From NCBI RefSeq assembly GCF_008831285.2, contig NC_045138.2, positions 32,302,001 through 32,366,000 of the forward strand: 64,000 bases of DNA, read 5' to 3'. A program made the position numbers and the translations under genes. This DNA comes from Nymphaea colorata. Its lineage: Eukaryota. A model generated the notes under the pieces. It saw only the letters and a program-made list of their open reading frames with translations. It was not told the DNA's origin and did no database searches. Below, piece by piece: positions 23,738-37,590 of this stretch (positions are counted from its first letter, which is position 1; each line of letters starts with the position of its first letter).

Positions 23738-26242
23738 AATCTCACATAGAAATCCATCCATGGTAACGTTTGGACCCAACCCTAGATTTTGTTATGGCAA
23801 ATTTTGGGTGGGCAAGTGACCATTTGCGTGTGTCTCTGCTTGGAAATAACAAGGGCAGGGCACCATGTTGCTGGGTCACCAAATCATCGAAATAGTTATA
23901 AATTGGTCAAAAATATTATCATATGTACTTTAAAAACATAATACAAACCCAAAAATAATTACTTTATAATATTGTATAAAATAATATTCAAAATAAATGA
24001 CGCATAGCACATGACACCCTTGAATAATGAAATTAACGTATGTCGGCTAACGAATGGAACCAGTTTGTGATCGATTCCATTGAAAGGGACTCTCATTGGA
24101 GGCCTTTAAGTTTTACACCGCAAATCCGAAATCCCGTTGGTAACGTGATTGAGGGTGGAGGAAGTAGGGGCGGAGTCCACACAGAGCATGTGGTGGGCGG
24201 CGCACCGCCACCCCATCCGCTCTCTCCTCCTCCCAATCGGGATGCAGATATTTCACACCTCCACGCGTCCGTCGGCTCTGCCACCTTCCGTCTCCGGTGG
24301 CCGGAAAAGTGCACTCCTGGACGTCGACCTCCCGCCCAATCAGCGCCCAGCTTCAGATCTACGATCCGGAGCTCGCCTTCCCCTGCCGCGTGGACCTTTC
24401 TTCTGCGTGAAATTGACACTCTCCGGCCATGGACCCGGCTTGTGGGGGCGCCGATGTGACGATGGATGATAATGATGTGCGGACGGACGGACGATAATGG
24501 ATGAACGATAAAGATGTTATGACGATGGATGATGATGTTATGATGATGGATGATAAACGATGATGATGCTGGGATGCCCGTGTGCTTTTTTTTCCCGTAT
24601 ATTTGGCCTTTGACCTTTGACCATCCATGTTTTATGGAGTTTTGAGGTTGGATGGGAAGTGGATAGCTGTTAATTAAAATATTGTTCATTTGTGTATAGT
24701 TTTGAGAAATAGTGCTCGAGTCACAGCCAGTTCAACCAAGTACACTAACCAACTTCACTAGAGTTTACCATCTAGTAGAATTCATAAAGTACCATTTAAA
24801 AGTTTAAGATATCTATAAAGAATTGTTAAATGTTTGGCAAATTACTAAAAGTGCTCGAGTTTGTAAAACAATTTACAAATGAAAGATTCAGTTTTAAATA
24901 GCTAACTGAAAACATTAAATGGAATCATTTACCTTTGTGAAAAAATTATGAAGAAAAATTTTTATTTAGTTTGTAGCTTAGAAACCACTGCACTTTCTTT
25001 CTTAGTCCTCCTTCTCTATTTATGTAGCTTATATCTCTCCACCACAAAAGCAAGGCCGTGGACATGTATGAATGATGAACTTGAACAACTAAGGTTGAAA
25101 AATAGAGTATTTTTTTAATTATATAGGTGTTTTAACTTTTAATTAGATGTGACTGAATGTTTTCGCAAATAACAAGTTTTCCGTGGTTGTTTGTGAACAA
25201 TTGATTTCCCCATGGATGTTACTTTTCGAGACCATAAGAGGTGGGGCGCAACATGGAACCGGTAATTTGTGAACCCAATGTATATTCTATGAGGTCAAAA
25301 AATAAAAAATAAAAAATAAAAATAAAAAAGTTTTATATGCAAATTTTAAAAAATTTCACTTGTTCTATTTCAAAATATTGATAAATGATATTTTGGCCTT
25401 AATCAAAATTTAAGAACTTTAGTTTAGTCCCCCCTCATAAAACTGGCTTGAACTGATATTTCAATACTTATTCAAGTCCCTGATCCTGTTAATTCAAAAC
25501 AACCCAATTTTTCTTTTTCTTTCAATTTTGATGTAGAGTTGTTTGTGCACGTCATGTTTTTCTTTGAATGGGAGCTTGTTAAGAAAAATATTATGCTTTT
25601 CAAAGATACATTGTCGAAGTAAGTACATGTTTAAATAAGAATAACTAAAAATTAAAATTGTTGAATGTTCAAGAATAATTCTCACAGGAGCAAAGATACA
25701 TTCTCGAAGTACATGTGGCACTGGTACTTTTCTCTCTAATCAATGGCTTAGAGTGTGAAATACCAAATGTTATTGGATAGCCAAAAATTAAAAGTATTGA
25801 ATGTTTAATGTTGTTGGATGGTTAAAAATTAGAAATATATTGTTAAAAAATAATTGTCACCAGAGCATTACTAAAGGTCTATGGTGCAACAACGGTTGAT
25901 GCATATCATATTAATGATCGGGCAGGTGATATATATACCAAACTTATTGATAGACCATATATATTGTTTTCCTTTTATGCACAATAACAGTTGAAGAAGC
26001 TGACTTGATGCTGTTCTTGATGGGAGGGCTCTTTAAGCTAAATTCTTTTCCTGTCATGATTTATTTTGGCAGTTTAAGAGTAAGTTATTGTATTCCATCT
26101 ACTGTTTATAGTAGTTTGCTTGCGTCTCCATAGTTTTTGTCAAAGGAAAGAGTTCGGCCTGGCTCTATTTGAGGTGTGGGATATTCTTATTAAATATTTT
26201 CATATAGTATTGTATATCCTGACTCTATAGAGGAGTAATTTT

Positions 26243-26713
26243 TAAGGATGTCAATGGATTGGATTCGAATAGAATAATACCCATTAAATTCCACATCCAT
26301 TAATTTATTAGGTGTTCACGTATATGAATATATTATATATTTGAATCTCATTTTCAAGTTTACCATATGAATCCAAACCAAACCTGACTTTTATTTTTAC
26401 ATCCAAACTTGAATCCTACTTTTAAATTCACAATTTAATTTAAACTGCATTATACCATGTTAAGAACCAACTTTTAAAATGTACAAATATTAGAGATGCA
26501 TAAGATGCTTATTTTAAACTACATTCAAATCTGAATTTGAATGCTAACACAATTTGGATATTTATTTAAAGACGACTTTGATCCATTCGGGTGTCCTTTT
26601 TAAAATATGTTGTTGTTTCTCAATTGGACATCATTTTTTTTTATATAACAACTTTTTTTAAGGCAGTTTGGTTGGATATCCAATTCAAATTCAATCTAAT
26701 ATTGACATCCCTA
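26243..26713. mobile_element. hAT-like MITE
   Basis: TIR TAAGGATGTCAAT...ATTGACATCCCTA with internal ATCCA/GGAT subterminal motifs. The TSD is decayed. Confidence 0.7.
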
Positions 26714-27023
26714 GGAGTTTCTTTGCCTATTTGTTGATTTAATTGGATAAAAAGGATACTGGCTGTTCCGTTGGATCTAGGTTGTTGATTCAAGAGTCTG
26801 AAATATCCTTCAAATGAGGAAATAGAGAAAAAAAGAGGGAAAGAAATGAGTTTTCTCAGTTGAAAACTCATGCCTTCGTTGAAGAACATTTTGGACTTTT
26901 GAAAAACTAACTTAGATTCTTTATTTGTAACTTAATTCTCCAACATTTGATATCTTTCAAATCTATAACTTATATTATTCCTATCAAAGTTTGGTACATC
27001 AGGGTCTAGCTAGTAGCTGTTTG

Positions 27024-27063
<40 letters not shown>

Positions 27064-27084
27064 CTAGTAGCTGTTTGTCTCTCT

Positions 27085-27181
<97 letters not shown>

Positions 27182-27189
27182 TGCATATC

Positions 27190-27655
27190 TTAGGGAGAAG
27201 TGTGAGGAATGAGAGTTGTTGAAACTAGCTAGTAGCACATTTGAAGATCAATTGACCAAAATAACCACGAGCAGCTACCATATTATAGGTTTCTTCCTCT
27301 TCTTCCAATTTGTAACCTTCATTCTAGTTTCTTTTTAAACAGTTTTCCTGATCAAATTATAGGTCATCAAGGAACCATGCACAACGCCGAACAGAGAGCC
27401 ACCAATTGCACCAACCACACCTAACTTGTGGAATGGATGCATATGGATGTTGTGTTTAGCCTGAAGTACTATCATGGAGTTGAAAGTACCAGATATTCTT
27501 AGAGGCATACAATCAGGAAAGCTTTCCTTGCCAATAGGATAGATCAAGAAAATAGCGGTAGTGGCTGCAGGAGCTGAATGCATAATAGCAAGGGTGCATC
27601 CCAAACGCAAGTAAGCTTCCATTCATGACTCATGTAGCAAGTTACACCAAGTGAG
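27190..27655 (-). pseudogene. psbA: Nuclear plastid DNA insertion (NUPT): internal fragment of psbA (PSII D1), degenerate
   Basis: [54 protein letters not shown]...HGSL, continuing to [18 protein letters not shown] and ASFNNS. It is colinear with D1 from about LLGVACYM to SFNNSRSLHFFL, with indels and no start or stop. Confidence 0.95.
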
Positions 27656-27775
27656 ATAAAAGCCGGCCCTTCTTGGAAAAAATAACCCTACAAATAGGAT
27701 TAACATTGAATGTGCGGAAACCTTAATAATCTCTAGTAGTTCTTCGTTCAACATTGGTTAAATTTGCTATGCGAT

Positions 27776-27848
27776 CAGTGGGGGGGCCAGAAAAATTTTT
27801 GGAGGTGCACTCATTCGCAGATTTCATATCTGAAGGAGCGTGGCTTAC

Positions 27849-27910
<62 letters not shown>

Positions 27911-27970
27911 CCGATAAAATGGGAATATATAAGAAACATTAAAGAGTTCCCATATATAGCACCACTACTG
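27776..27970. mobile_element. hAT-like MITE (CAGTGG family) containing a microsatellite and a LINE 3' stub
   Basis: Termini CAGTGG...CTACTG; imperfect 8-bp TSD TATGCGAT/CATGAGAT. Confidence 0.6.
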
Positions 27971-28460
27971 CATGAGATCACTTTTCCTCTAATGAAATAC
28001 TATATGTAGCCCTCATAAACGTGCCCGGCCGGTTGAGTGAAAATCAGTGAATTCAAATGACAAAAAACTAATTTTCTATAAGGCTATATATAGCAAATAA
28101 GTAAATGTTCGTTACAATAAAAAAAAGTATAGCACTTTAAAACAAAAAATCTTAGAAAAGATTGATTTGTTAAACAGTCAAAACTGTGGCAAGAATGAAT
28201 GCAAGGAAAATAATTTTACTTCTTATTTTTTGATCTAGCCAATAGTCGATCAGGTCCCCGCGAGCATCTTTCGGCAGTAGAATGAAGTGAAAAAGAAAAG
28301 CTGCCGGCCATTGTTGTGAGAGTAGAGGAAATGCGCCTTTGTCCACTTGAGCCGGTTGAACCCCAGTGGTGGATTAATCGTCTGTTCAAATATCCCCCAG
28401 ATCGTTTCTAGCTGTTAGGCCAGTGAGAGCCTTCTCACTTATTTGATTCCCATCTACATA

Positions 28461-28570
28461 GATGCTACTATTTTAGACTGCGAAAAGTAAGAGACACTAC
28501 TCTCAAGTTGAACGGATGCTACTATTTTAGACTCGAAAAGCAAGAGACACTACTCTCAAGTTGAACGGAT
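28461..28570. repeat. Tandem duplication, 2 x ~55 bp
   Basis: GATGCTACTATTTTAGACT...GAGACACTACTCTCAAGTTGAACG is repeated. Confidence 0.85.
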
Positions 28571-29869
28571 TAGTTCCAACATAGTTCTGAACCCCCATGA
28601 CAGGGAGAAAGTGAAGGAGCTTCAGCCTCTTACTAGGTGGTGGGGTTCCCTCCCCTTCACTCGAAATATCCCAACATTTATGACCATTATGTCCTAATGA
28701 GTGTCCTTGCATGACAATAAAAACTGGCCTCTTGTCAATATGGCGATGATCTCAACGAATAATGCATATGTATCTCAAGGTCCCTAAAGCCAATCTCCTT
28801 GTAATTTAATGACCTGAGAGAGAGAGAGAGAGAGATTTAATTTCAATTGGGCATATAATATTTACAATCTGTAAGCATAGATCATTTTTCTTTCCAGAAG
28901 TTCCCAGTCCCATGCTTTGTGAAAACGAAATCTAATACTCCAACAAAATAAGTTCAATCGCGTACTTGTTCTTAACGAAGACACGGTCTAGTTTGTAATT
29001 TGATGGAACCCGTTCGAACATTTTAATTTATTGTTATTGGAGGAAGATGCCAATCAAATGGGAAAGTATTAAAACAAGAAAATCGGGTGACAAATTTTAA
29101 TTTACGGGAAAAATTACCAAAAAAAGTGAACAAGTGAAAGAGAGAGTTAGAGAGGGGTAAGTGAACAGCCATTCATCGATAGAGAAAGCAAAGCAGGCTA
29201 GCTCTCCCATGAGATAGATTTGCACAAAAAAAGAAGCAGGGCTGAGAGTATTTTAGAACTTTTTATAATGAAGTGTATAACTTTTAGTCTTTTTATTGTT
29301 TACAATCTCTTCTTTATCCTTTTCAAAATCCTTCTTCTTCGCTTGAAGGGCATTTTGGTCATTACACACTCATGTGCATGCAAAAATGTTTGTGCATACA
29401 GCCAACTTCACTCTTTGGCAGGTAACACATGGAATCTACTAACGCAATGACGACAAGCTAATTACATTTTTTCCACCGAAGTCGGCCTCCAGCACCTTGG
29501 TTGTATTAGAAGTTGGGGTGAAGAGGAGAACCACCGGCAAGGAGAGAGGTTGGTGCATGATAAGAGGAAAGTTAGCAAGGCTGTTGCATATGAGAAGTTG
29601 TGAAATAAAGAGAAGAGACAAACAGAAGCTGGTTATATGCACTGGCCTATACGCCCTATACGTGTCTGCCTGTGCACCATACAGGCCTGCACAGGCCCTT
29701 ATGCATGACATGTCCGCCTGCACAGGCCCTTATGCATGACATGTCCTCGTAAGTGGGCTAAAGGAGGATGTGTCATGCATCAGAGGTTGTGCATGGTTCA
29801 CTCTAATGCACATAACCACGTATCAAAATAAACACTTTCGGACTACTAAGATGAGAGTAGTCTAACTTT

Positions 29870-30240
29870 CACCTCCATGCTCCCTCAGGAGAAGGAAGAA
29901 CCAAAGTGCAAGGCAGATTCAATTCTAATGTCCTTGGGATCGAGATTCTAATAAAATTTTCCTTTTTAGAAGCGACCATGAGTTTCTTAACACAGACCAT
30001 CTTTGAAGTGGACTGCCTTGCAGTTGCTGCATGCAGCTCTTGGGGCTCCATATGATTCAAGTTGATAAGCAGGAGAAAAAGAAGCCCCCAACGAGGACAA
30101 AAATGATAAAATAACCAATCTTTTCAAAAGACAGAAGCACCTAAATGAGGGCCGCGTGGTACCTTCCAAGACATCGATGACCACGAACACTAAAGATGGA
30201 TTAGAGTTGAGCTGTTAGGGTTCAAACTCATATTAGGGTT
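29870..30240 (-). mobile_element. Possible degenerate LINE ORF1 5' fragment
   Basis: It begins with AAACCCTAA-type motifs and encodes ENFIRISIPRTLELNLPCTLVL, loosely like an L1 ORF1 segment. Weak evidence. Confidence 0.3.
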
Positions 30241-31726
30241 TAAGGGGGCATTGCTCAGTAAGTGGGGAATGGGGTCCCCTTTCTGATGAAAGCCGCGTCC
30301 CCGGCTGACACCATCTGCTTCATAACGCAGATAAGATGTGGCAGGATGTACAGAAAGGGATTGGAATGCATAGTATGTGTTCGTACTCCTGCTGTCATCT
30401 GTTTCCGCAATATATCAGGTCAATTTCATAGTACAACAAATACCAAGTTTTTGAAATCTTTTCACTTGAATAATTTTTACACGACTAAGTTAACGATGTG
30501 TTTGACACTGATTTTACTAAAGTTTTCCTAGTATAGGTTACACAAAATCGTGATCCGCTCTTCATAACTTTTCGAAACGTTTAGAGGCCTTTCAAAGCGT
30601 TTTTCCTGCATGAGACAAATTTCCTCCATAAAAGAAATCAGCACATCACTATTACCCTTTAATGCTCAATGGGCAAATCAAATTCTCTTCATGATATATA
30701 TATATATATTGCGACCATATTAGTAGTAATAGGCTAGCTGTATCGAATCTGACCCACTCGGCACATTTAACATAAACAACAGATTGCGACCGAATTAGTA
30801 GTAATAGGTCAAATGTAAGGGTGGAGCCAGAAAATTTTGGTTAAGGCGCACTAGTTATAAAAGTTGTTAAGTTTTATGCAGCACCAACAATTGAAAAATT
30901 ACCTTGAAGTGTCAATATGAAAAGACACATTTTCAAACGCACACGGCACTTAGATGAGTTGTCTTTCTCAACCATACAGGGTTTTGAGACCGTGACCAAG
31001 GATCACCGCCAATCACAGCCCGTGCATGATTCTTGAGCTTGTAGTTTCTCAACCCCCATTTACAATAAAAGTGCAAGGTTGTCTAGAGTCCTCGCTTAAA
31101 CACATTTTTAAATTTGTCAGCTACCGGATGTTGCCAAATGACTAAATATTTAAAAGCTATGACCAGATGCAACGTAAACTATCTTTAAAAGTACCATAAA
31201 CTATCACTATACTGTAATTTAACCATTGCTAGTGGAGCGGTGCATTTAAAATAATTTTGTCATCCGGCGCTGGTTGATTTTAATTTCTCTAAGCAAATAT
31301 ACAGACATGTGTATGTAACTCTTATGAACCTAAATAATGAAATAGTCTTAGCTCTATCACTATCTTATCGGAAATTAAATCAAATCCAGATGCAGATCCA
31401 GTTATATCTCTAGCTAGAGCCTAGAGGCGGTGTTTGCATCTTAGTTACTAGTAAATGAGGAGGAAGTGCCTTGTAACAGGGAGCAGTGAAACGAACTTTA
31501 GAAATGAAGAAGAAACTGGTTTCTAAGTGAGTGGATGCCGTTTGATGTAGCCATGCAAAAGTACAGTGAGAGGCTCCCAAGCAATAACCGGTAACATCAT
31601 GGAAGTGAACAGTCGTACCGGTGTCAGGCCGTGCAGGGTCGCGTCGTCTCCGGCCCTGCAACACTTTCTGCTTGTGCGGACAAATTAAAAGGCTTACATA
31701 GAATCCAAAGATTCCTCTTTTATATA

Positions 31727-31780
<54 letters not shown>

Positions 31781-33015
31781 AATCTGTATTCGTGGGGATC
31801 ATGCAATATGAATATCAAGGTTAATTCTATTCTTGAACATGATCGTAAGCTAGCTTAACTACATGCTTATTTTCAAGGAAAATAAATTTTACAAATGAGT
31901 TTTAAGTCATTGATGCAATTGGAAGAAATTTGTCAAGATTAGTTTGTTCATTCAGGATGTTTTATATTGCTAATAAAATCAAAATAATAAATGTTACCGT
32001 TTCAAAAAATCGAAAGAATATCTTGTTGTAAACATTTTGTTTGCTATTAACAAACATTAATGACCAAACTACATAATGACGAATGAAGGTACACATTGCC
32101 TTTTAAGATACGTACATACATGCATAGGTACGAGTGTCTTTACATAATTAGCTGATTATGATGACACAAGTTTCTTGGAAAAGATGTCCTGAATTTTCCA
32201 TAAAACATTCTGGCCTTCAGGAATAGGAACGGGCAAGTGTTTTTAATGAAAAATAAAAGTGTTTGGTACCTATTATGTAATGAGCATCATAAGGGCAGAA
32301 GTACCTGAGTAAGGCTAGTGAAAACCAAAATAAGTTTCCTTGAACAAATTTCTAAACGACATGACTAAATTCTGATAGAAATTTATAATTTTCACTCGCA
32401 TTGGATTAAAAGTTATCATGGTATGGACATTGAATTACTCAGAGTACAAAACAGATGCAATAGGCATATTTTATGTTAAACTTTCGCCTTTGGGCCTTCA
32501 AACATCTCTAAGATTGAGCATTGTTTAAAGGAATATATCAGGTAAAAGGAAGTCAGTAAGAAATTTGAATTTGTCCTCTAAAATAGAAGTACGCGGCAAA
32601 GGAGAAAGCAAGGGACAAACAATTACATTTCTCTAGACCAAGGTTCTGCGACAGCTGGAAAAACGAAACAGGAAACGGATGGAGATGTCTAGATCTTCCA
32701 AACAGAACAGAAGGCTATTTTTTGGATCATGTGAAACATGACCAAGTTCATGAACTTCTTATTTTATCATTTCAAAAAGAGTTCATGAGATTGGTCATGC
32801 CGCGAGTGATCCCAAACACTCGTCAGGACCTTAAGTACCCTTGATGATCTCCATTCTCAATAAAAGGATAAAACAGGAAGGAGTTTAGATTCTAAAACAA
32901 GTATGTCAATACAGATCGGCAATGGCTGCTTTATTTATTTCCACGCCATGAGGAACTAATATCAGTTCAAATCCATGTGAGGAACTGAATCATCTTGAAG
33001 CGAACGAATAAGCTT

Positions 33016-33184
33016 CTACCACAGGAAGTTTACTTGAGATGACGTCGGGGAGTTGTCTTCGTCATGTGATGGCGAATGACAGTGTCGACCCTCATAGGTT
33101 GTAATCACCATCCGAGGGTCCTCTGCCAGTCGCTCGACGCGCTTCTTTACATGGCAATTATCCTGCGTGCAACGATAATAGCTC
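33016..33184 (-). CDS. WRKY13-like exon 3 (SYYRCTQDNCHVKKRVERLAEDPRMVITTYEGRHCHSPSHDEDNSPTSSQVNFLW*)
   Basis: CAG acceptor, C-X4-C-X23-H-X-H zinc finger, and stop TAG at 33018-33016. The spliced CDS is 789 nt (262 aa plus stop). Confidence 0.97.
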
Positions 33185-36100
33185 CTGCAGATTAACAGTA
33201 ATACAAGATCATAACTCGCATCTTCAAAGAATCTCTCTCTTTCTCTCTGAGCTCATCGATTTGATTGTTCACTAAAAACATTCCTGAAAAACACAAAGAT
33301 ATCCTGGTTTGTTTCCTGAGCTTCTCGAGTAACTCTACCTTGACTAATAGATTTTGAAAGTATTGCAGTTTAATTTCCAGAACATCATATTCATGACCTT
33401 GCAGAGAAACATTCCCATCAACGATACACAGTAACCAACTAGTTATAGAATATATTACGTGCTTTCATTGTTGGCAGCGCATTGGCGGACTCCGATGAAA
33501 GCACAGTACTCAGCTTTGCCTTGAATCCAAGGAATGCCTGATCACGAGAACATAGAATCGGTATCGGTCTTTCAAGTCCTGTGAACTTGGTGACTTTCAC
33601 AATTAGCCATGAATTGTGCTAGACGCTCTCTCTCTCTCTCTCTCTCTCTCTTAGTTGACCATCTTTTTCCAGCTGGATGATGGAAGACACCCTCGAAAGA
33701 ACTGCGCATGCATTGTTATCTGACATCTACGTAGATCCTCATTTTCCCTCTAATCTCAGGAGTTGTGTTTCTTTACTTTGTGCGTTCTGTGGGACTGGTC
33801 TAACTGCTATTTATTTACTTTCTTTCAGAACAAAAAAGTAAACTATCTACCAATGATTTGTTCATGAGGATCCGGCAAACTTGTGATTTCCGATTCACGA
33901 GGCACCTGTAGCAGATCAAAAGCGCTAACGAACTGCAGATTGTTTTCATAATTTAGGCAAACACAAATGCAAAATGGTGCATCGTACCACCCAAAGTTTT
34001 GATGTCTATTTCAAGATTAAAGTTGATAATCTTTCACCTATAAGTGCTAGAAATTCTACATGACAGTGTGTATCTAGCACGCTCCAATTTTGCTACTGCA
34101 AGATATAGTTTCCAAACTAGCACAAATTCACACAACATGAAAATGGTAAGACAAAAGAAACCCATGTTGAAGATCCCTTCCTCACTTCTTTTCCTTTGAA
34201 TGAGAACTTGTACACAACTTTCAGCATATGCCCTTAAAAAACCATAGGAAGAAAAAGTATCTACTACCAATGATAACTAAAAGACATTCTAGCTAGGAAG
34301 CCCACAAGGCTCTGATCATCCGATGTAAGTGACTTGAAGATCAGCCGTTGGCCGTCTATCACAAGTTGGAGACCAATATAAGCGTCTACGTACAAATGCA
34401 AGTCAAAGCTGCGTGTAATATTTAGATAAAGGTCTTCGAATTCACCAAACTTAAGAGCACCAAGTTCCACATGCGTAAATTCATTGAGGAAGGTAAATAA
34501 GGCAATCTGAGATAAAACTGTGGCTTTATTCTTTCCTTTAATTGGTTTATGTAGGTTAGGCAGTCCGCAGAGATTAAGAAACAACTAGAACTGCAGGAAT
34601 CTATGCTACGATACTCGTCACTGATAGCAGTTTAAATACTCAGTCAATAAATTGAATCTACCTAATTACAGATTAAAACATCTTCGACAGAAAAAGGAAG
34701 GAAGCGCCGACAAGAGTAACCAACCTCGAGGTGCTAAAAAACCATATCGACTTCGAGGCACTATTTGTTTCAAACACTGTAAATCTTCATTTCCTAAACT
34801 CCAGAAAATTCATATTTTCATTATAATTATAGTTAGATCTTAGATTGTCTATCTAGTTCTGCTTTATCTCACTTAGTCTAATATTATCACACGAAGGAAA
34901 GGCGCCTAAAATATATACCATTATTGGAACACCATAATGTTCCAACCTATATCACTTTTTGTAGACAAAAGAGCACCCTATCGAGCACCTCTACTCTGCT
35001 GAAAACCACAACATTGTTCTTTTTCTTCTTCTTTATCTTCATTCAAACAGTGCAGGCAGAAGAAAAAGAGAACCGAAGTGAGAAAAAGGAAAATGATGGA
35101 TTTTGCACGTTGGTGCGCTTCATGGACCAAGAGAAAAAAAGTCATGGAAAGGAATATCTTGTCCATGGAAATACATATTTGGATGGAGCATGCAGAAACA
35201 CTAGATAGTCCCAATCATAGAACTAGATGCAGCCACATGATCTGGCACGCGGTATCTGCAGGCACACATAAACATGCACACGGCAGACACGCCTAAAAGG
35301 ATATAAGATGCCAACTTTGTGAAAACCTCAGCACAGGAATTCCAGGGAAACTCGGTCCCAGCTAGAACAAGGAGCAAGTGAAGAACGATCATGCTTTACA
35401 AGCATGGAAATGATCCTATTCTCTTTATCTGTGTAATATTATTTTATTTCTCTTCTTTTCTCAATGACTTTCCAACTTCTTTCTTACTGCTTCCTAGTGC
35501 AGTTGGTACTAAAATTAATGCCCGCCGTTAAGAGACAAATGAAGAAGATTATAAAATGCTGTAATCTGCCCATGTTATTGAATCAGTACCCTGTACATCT
35601 TGTTTTCACATTCAAGGGGAGTTGCGAAGAATCTACCGGTTCCCGACGATGATCTTCTGTTACAATAAAGCTGACAGGACAGCAGCTACATAAAAAGAAA
35701 GAAAGGAAAACATTGGCCGTCCGCCCTCATGTAGGACTCGTTTCGATCTGTGATCAGCATTTTGAACCAGCCAACTAGCCAAAATTACTGTGCATAAGTT
35801 CCCTTCCAAATGCATGATACAAGCCGGTGCCATAATTAAATCAGAAAACATTGAAAGCAATACAATAGGGTGCACCTTCGAATAGCCCTAGTCTCTGTGA
35901 AGACTTGCCTCTAGGGATTTGGAAGAATCCACAGAATAATAGTACGGTAAAGTAAGTACTTGAAAAGTTTATACAGAAGGACTAACCATGAAAGAGTGAA
36001 CATGCCCTTCTTGGTAGGCAAGTCCTCTTCTTACCTAAAATAAGATTGAGTTGGTGATTCTTTGTCATGCTAATGAAAGTTTCCATTTACTAGAAAACGG

Positions 36101-36370
36101 GTATAAATCAAATCATGCCTTAGAAGGACTGTAGATGCCTAGAGATGGTCAAATAATTCAGTAACTCGTGAAGGCCCCTTGCTGAAACAGTTAATGCAAG
36201 AAGCAATCCGATGACAGATCACTTCTTAAAATCTTATGTAGAGAAACTGTATACATATACGCTCTGCCAATAAATTGTAGACATACCCATGACTTTTAAA
36301 TGATTATATGGAGGGTGAAATAAATGTATAAAGTTGAGGTTGGACGAGAAAGAAGGTGATTGATGTATAC

Positions 36371-36631
36371 CTGGGGTGCTGCGTGTTCTTCACAATCTTT
36401 TGCCCATACTTTCGCCACTTGTACCCGTCGTCCAAGATGTCAATGTCACTCATGGTCTTGAAGCAGAACCTTGGTTCCCTCACCTTCCTCCTTGCCTTCA
36501 CCTTTTTCATCTTCAGAGGCATGGGTGCTAGACCAGAACGTTGGTCATGATCTTTATCATCAGCATCCATGGCGGTCACCCGTCTAGGACCGCCTGCTGC
36601 CGCTTGATCCCCCACTTCCCCTCCCCAAGAC
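36371..36631 (-). CDS. WRKY13-like exon 2 ([48 protein letters not shown])
   Basis: WRKYGQK heptapeptide, AG/GT bounded, 261 nt, ending at the conserved intron position in the R codon after HP. Confidence 0.97.
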
Positions 36632-36959
36632 CTGCAAGTCAGAATAGAGCTCTTTTTTCGATGAATTGATCAAGACCTTAATTTCTTCCGTATCCACACA
36701 AATTCCACGCATGGGGTTGGTACAGGTTCCTTCTGTGAGGAGATGTATTGGTTTGTTTCTCTCACAACGAGAGAGAGAGAGTGGTGCGCACAACAATAAA
36801 ATATTGCAAGTGCAGACATTCTTCTTGTATATTCTTGGTTGCAGTTATTTTAGCTCTGATGATGGTTGCTTAATTTCCATTGTCATCATTACTGCGTGCA
36901 CCTGTGAAGAACTCTAGTGTTCTGTGTGTGTGTATGTATGTGTGTGAGAGAGAGATTAC

Positions 36960-37318
36960 CATTTCTGCACATTAGAGGCAACAGAAAGAACTTTAGCTGC
37001 CATGGGAATGGTAGTAGTGCAACCAGCAGCAGAAGCACCGCCGTTTCCAACTTTATGGAGACCCAAATGGCCGATTGGACTAGACTCACGAGTTTGGTGG
37101 TGATGATTCATTGCCATACCTCCAGCTACAAAGCAAGCAGCAGCTGCAGCACAAGAAGGAGATAAAGAAGAATGGTGATCTCCTCCTCCTCCTCCTCCTC
37201 TGACGAAGATGCCGGTACCGTTACCCATCAAAGGCCCGCTAAGTGCCCTCAGAAACTGGTACCCATCGGAGGACGAAGGATCGGATCCCTCGTAGTACTC
37301 CTCTTGTCCCTCGAACAT
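36960..37318 (-). CDS. WRKY transcription factor (group IIc, WRKY13-like), exon 1
   Basis: ATG at 37318, 359 nt to a GTAATC donor, with a low-complexity N-terminus (poly-G, poly-A, His). Phase 2 joins exon 2. Confidence 0.85.
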
Positions 37319-37545
37319 CTCTCTCTCTCTCCCCCTCTCAACGACGATCTGATGAACAAAACCAAATTAGAAACACTACCTCCTTTTTTCTCTGGCTCAA
37401 TTGTATTGTGGAGGAAGACCACAACTCTCGCTCTCTCTCTCTCTTTAGCTCTCTCTTTCTCTGGTTTGCCAAAGTCTACCTAGATTTCTCCTTCTTTCTT
37501 TTTGTGAAGGGACTCATGGTTATGGCTTTCTATTGCCAGATACAG

Positions 37546-37590
<45 letters not shown>

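Noticed and set aside
24040..24689. Overlapping 139-198-aa ORFs on both strands
   Set aside because: They are by-products of high GC and (GAT)n repeats, with no recognisable domain or exon structure.
30270..30320. CTGATGA followed by an AGCC...GGCT stem, resembling a hammerhead ribozyme core
   Set aside because: The stem is followed by GACA rather than GAAA, and stems I and III cannot be formed.
34034..35400. ORFs of 63-106 aa inside WRKY intron 2
   Set aside because: They are intronic, have no domain similarity, and are of a length expected by chance.
35880..36035. GACTTGCCT / AGGCAAGTC inverted pair reminiscent of miR169
   Set aside because: Only 9 nt match. The 5' half of mature miR169 (AGCCAAGGAT) is absent and the arms do not pair further.
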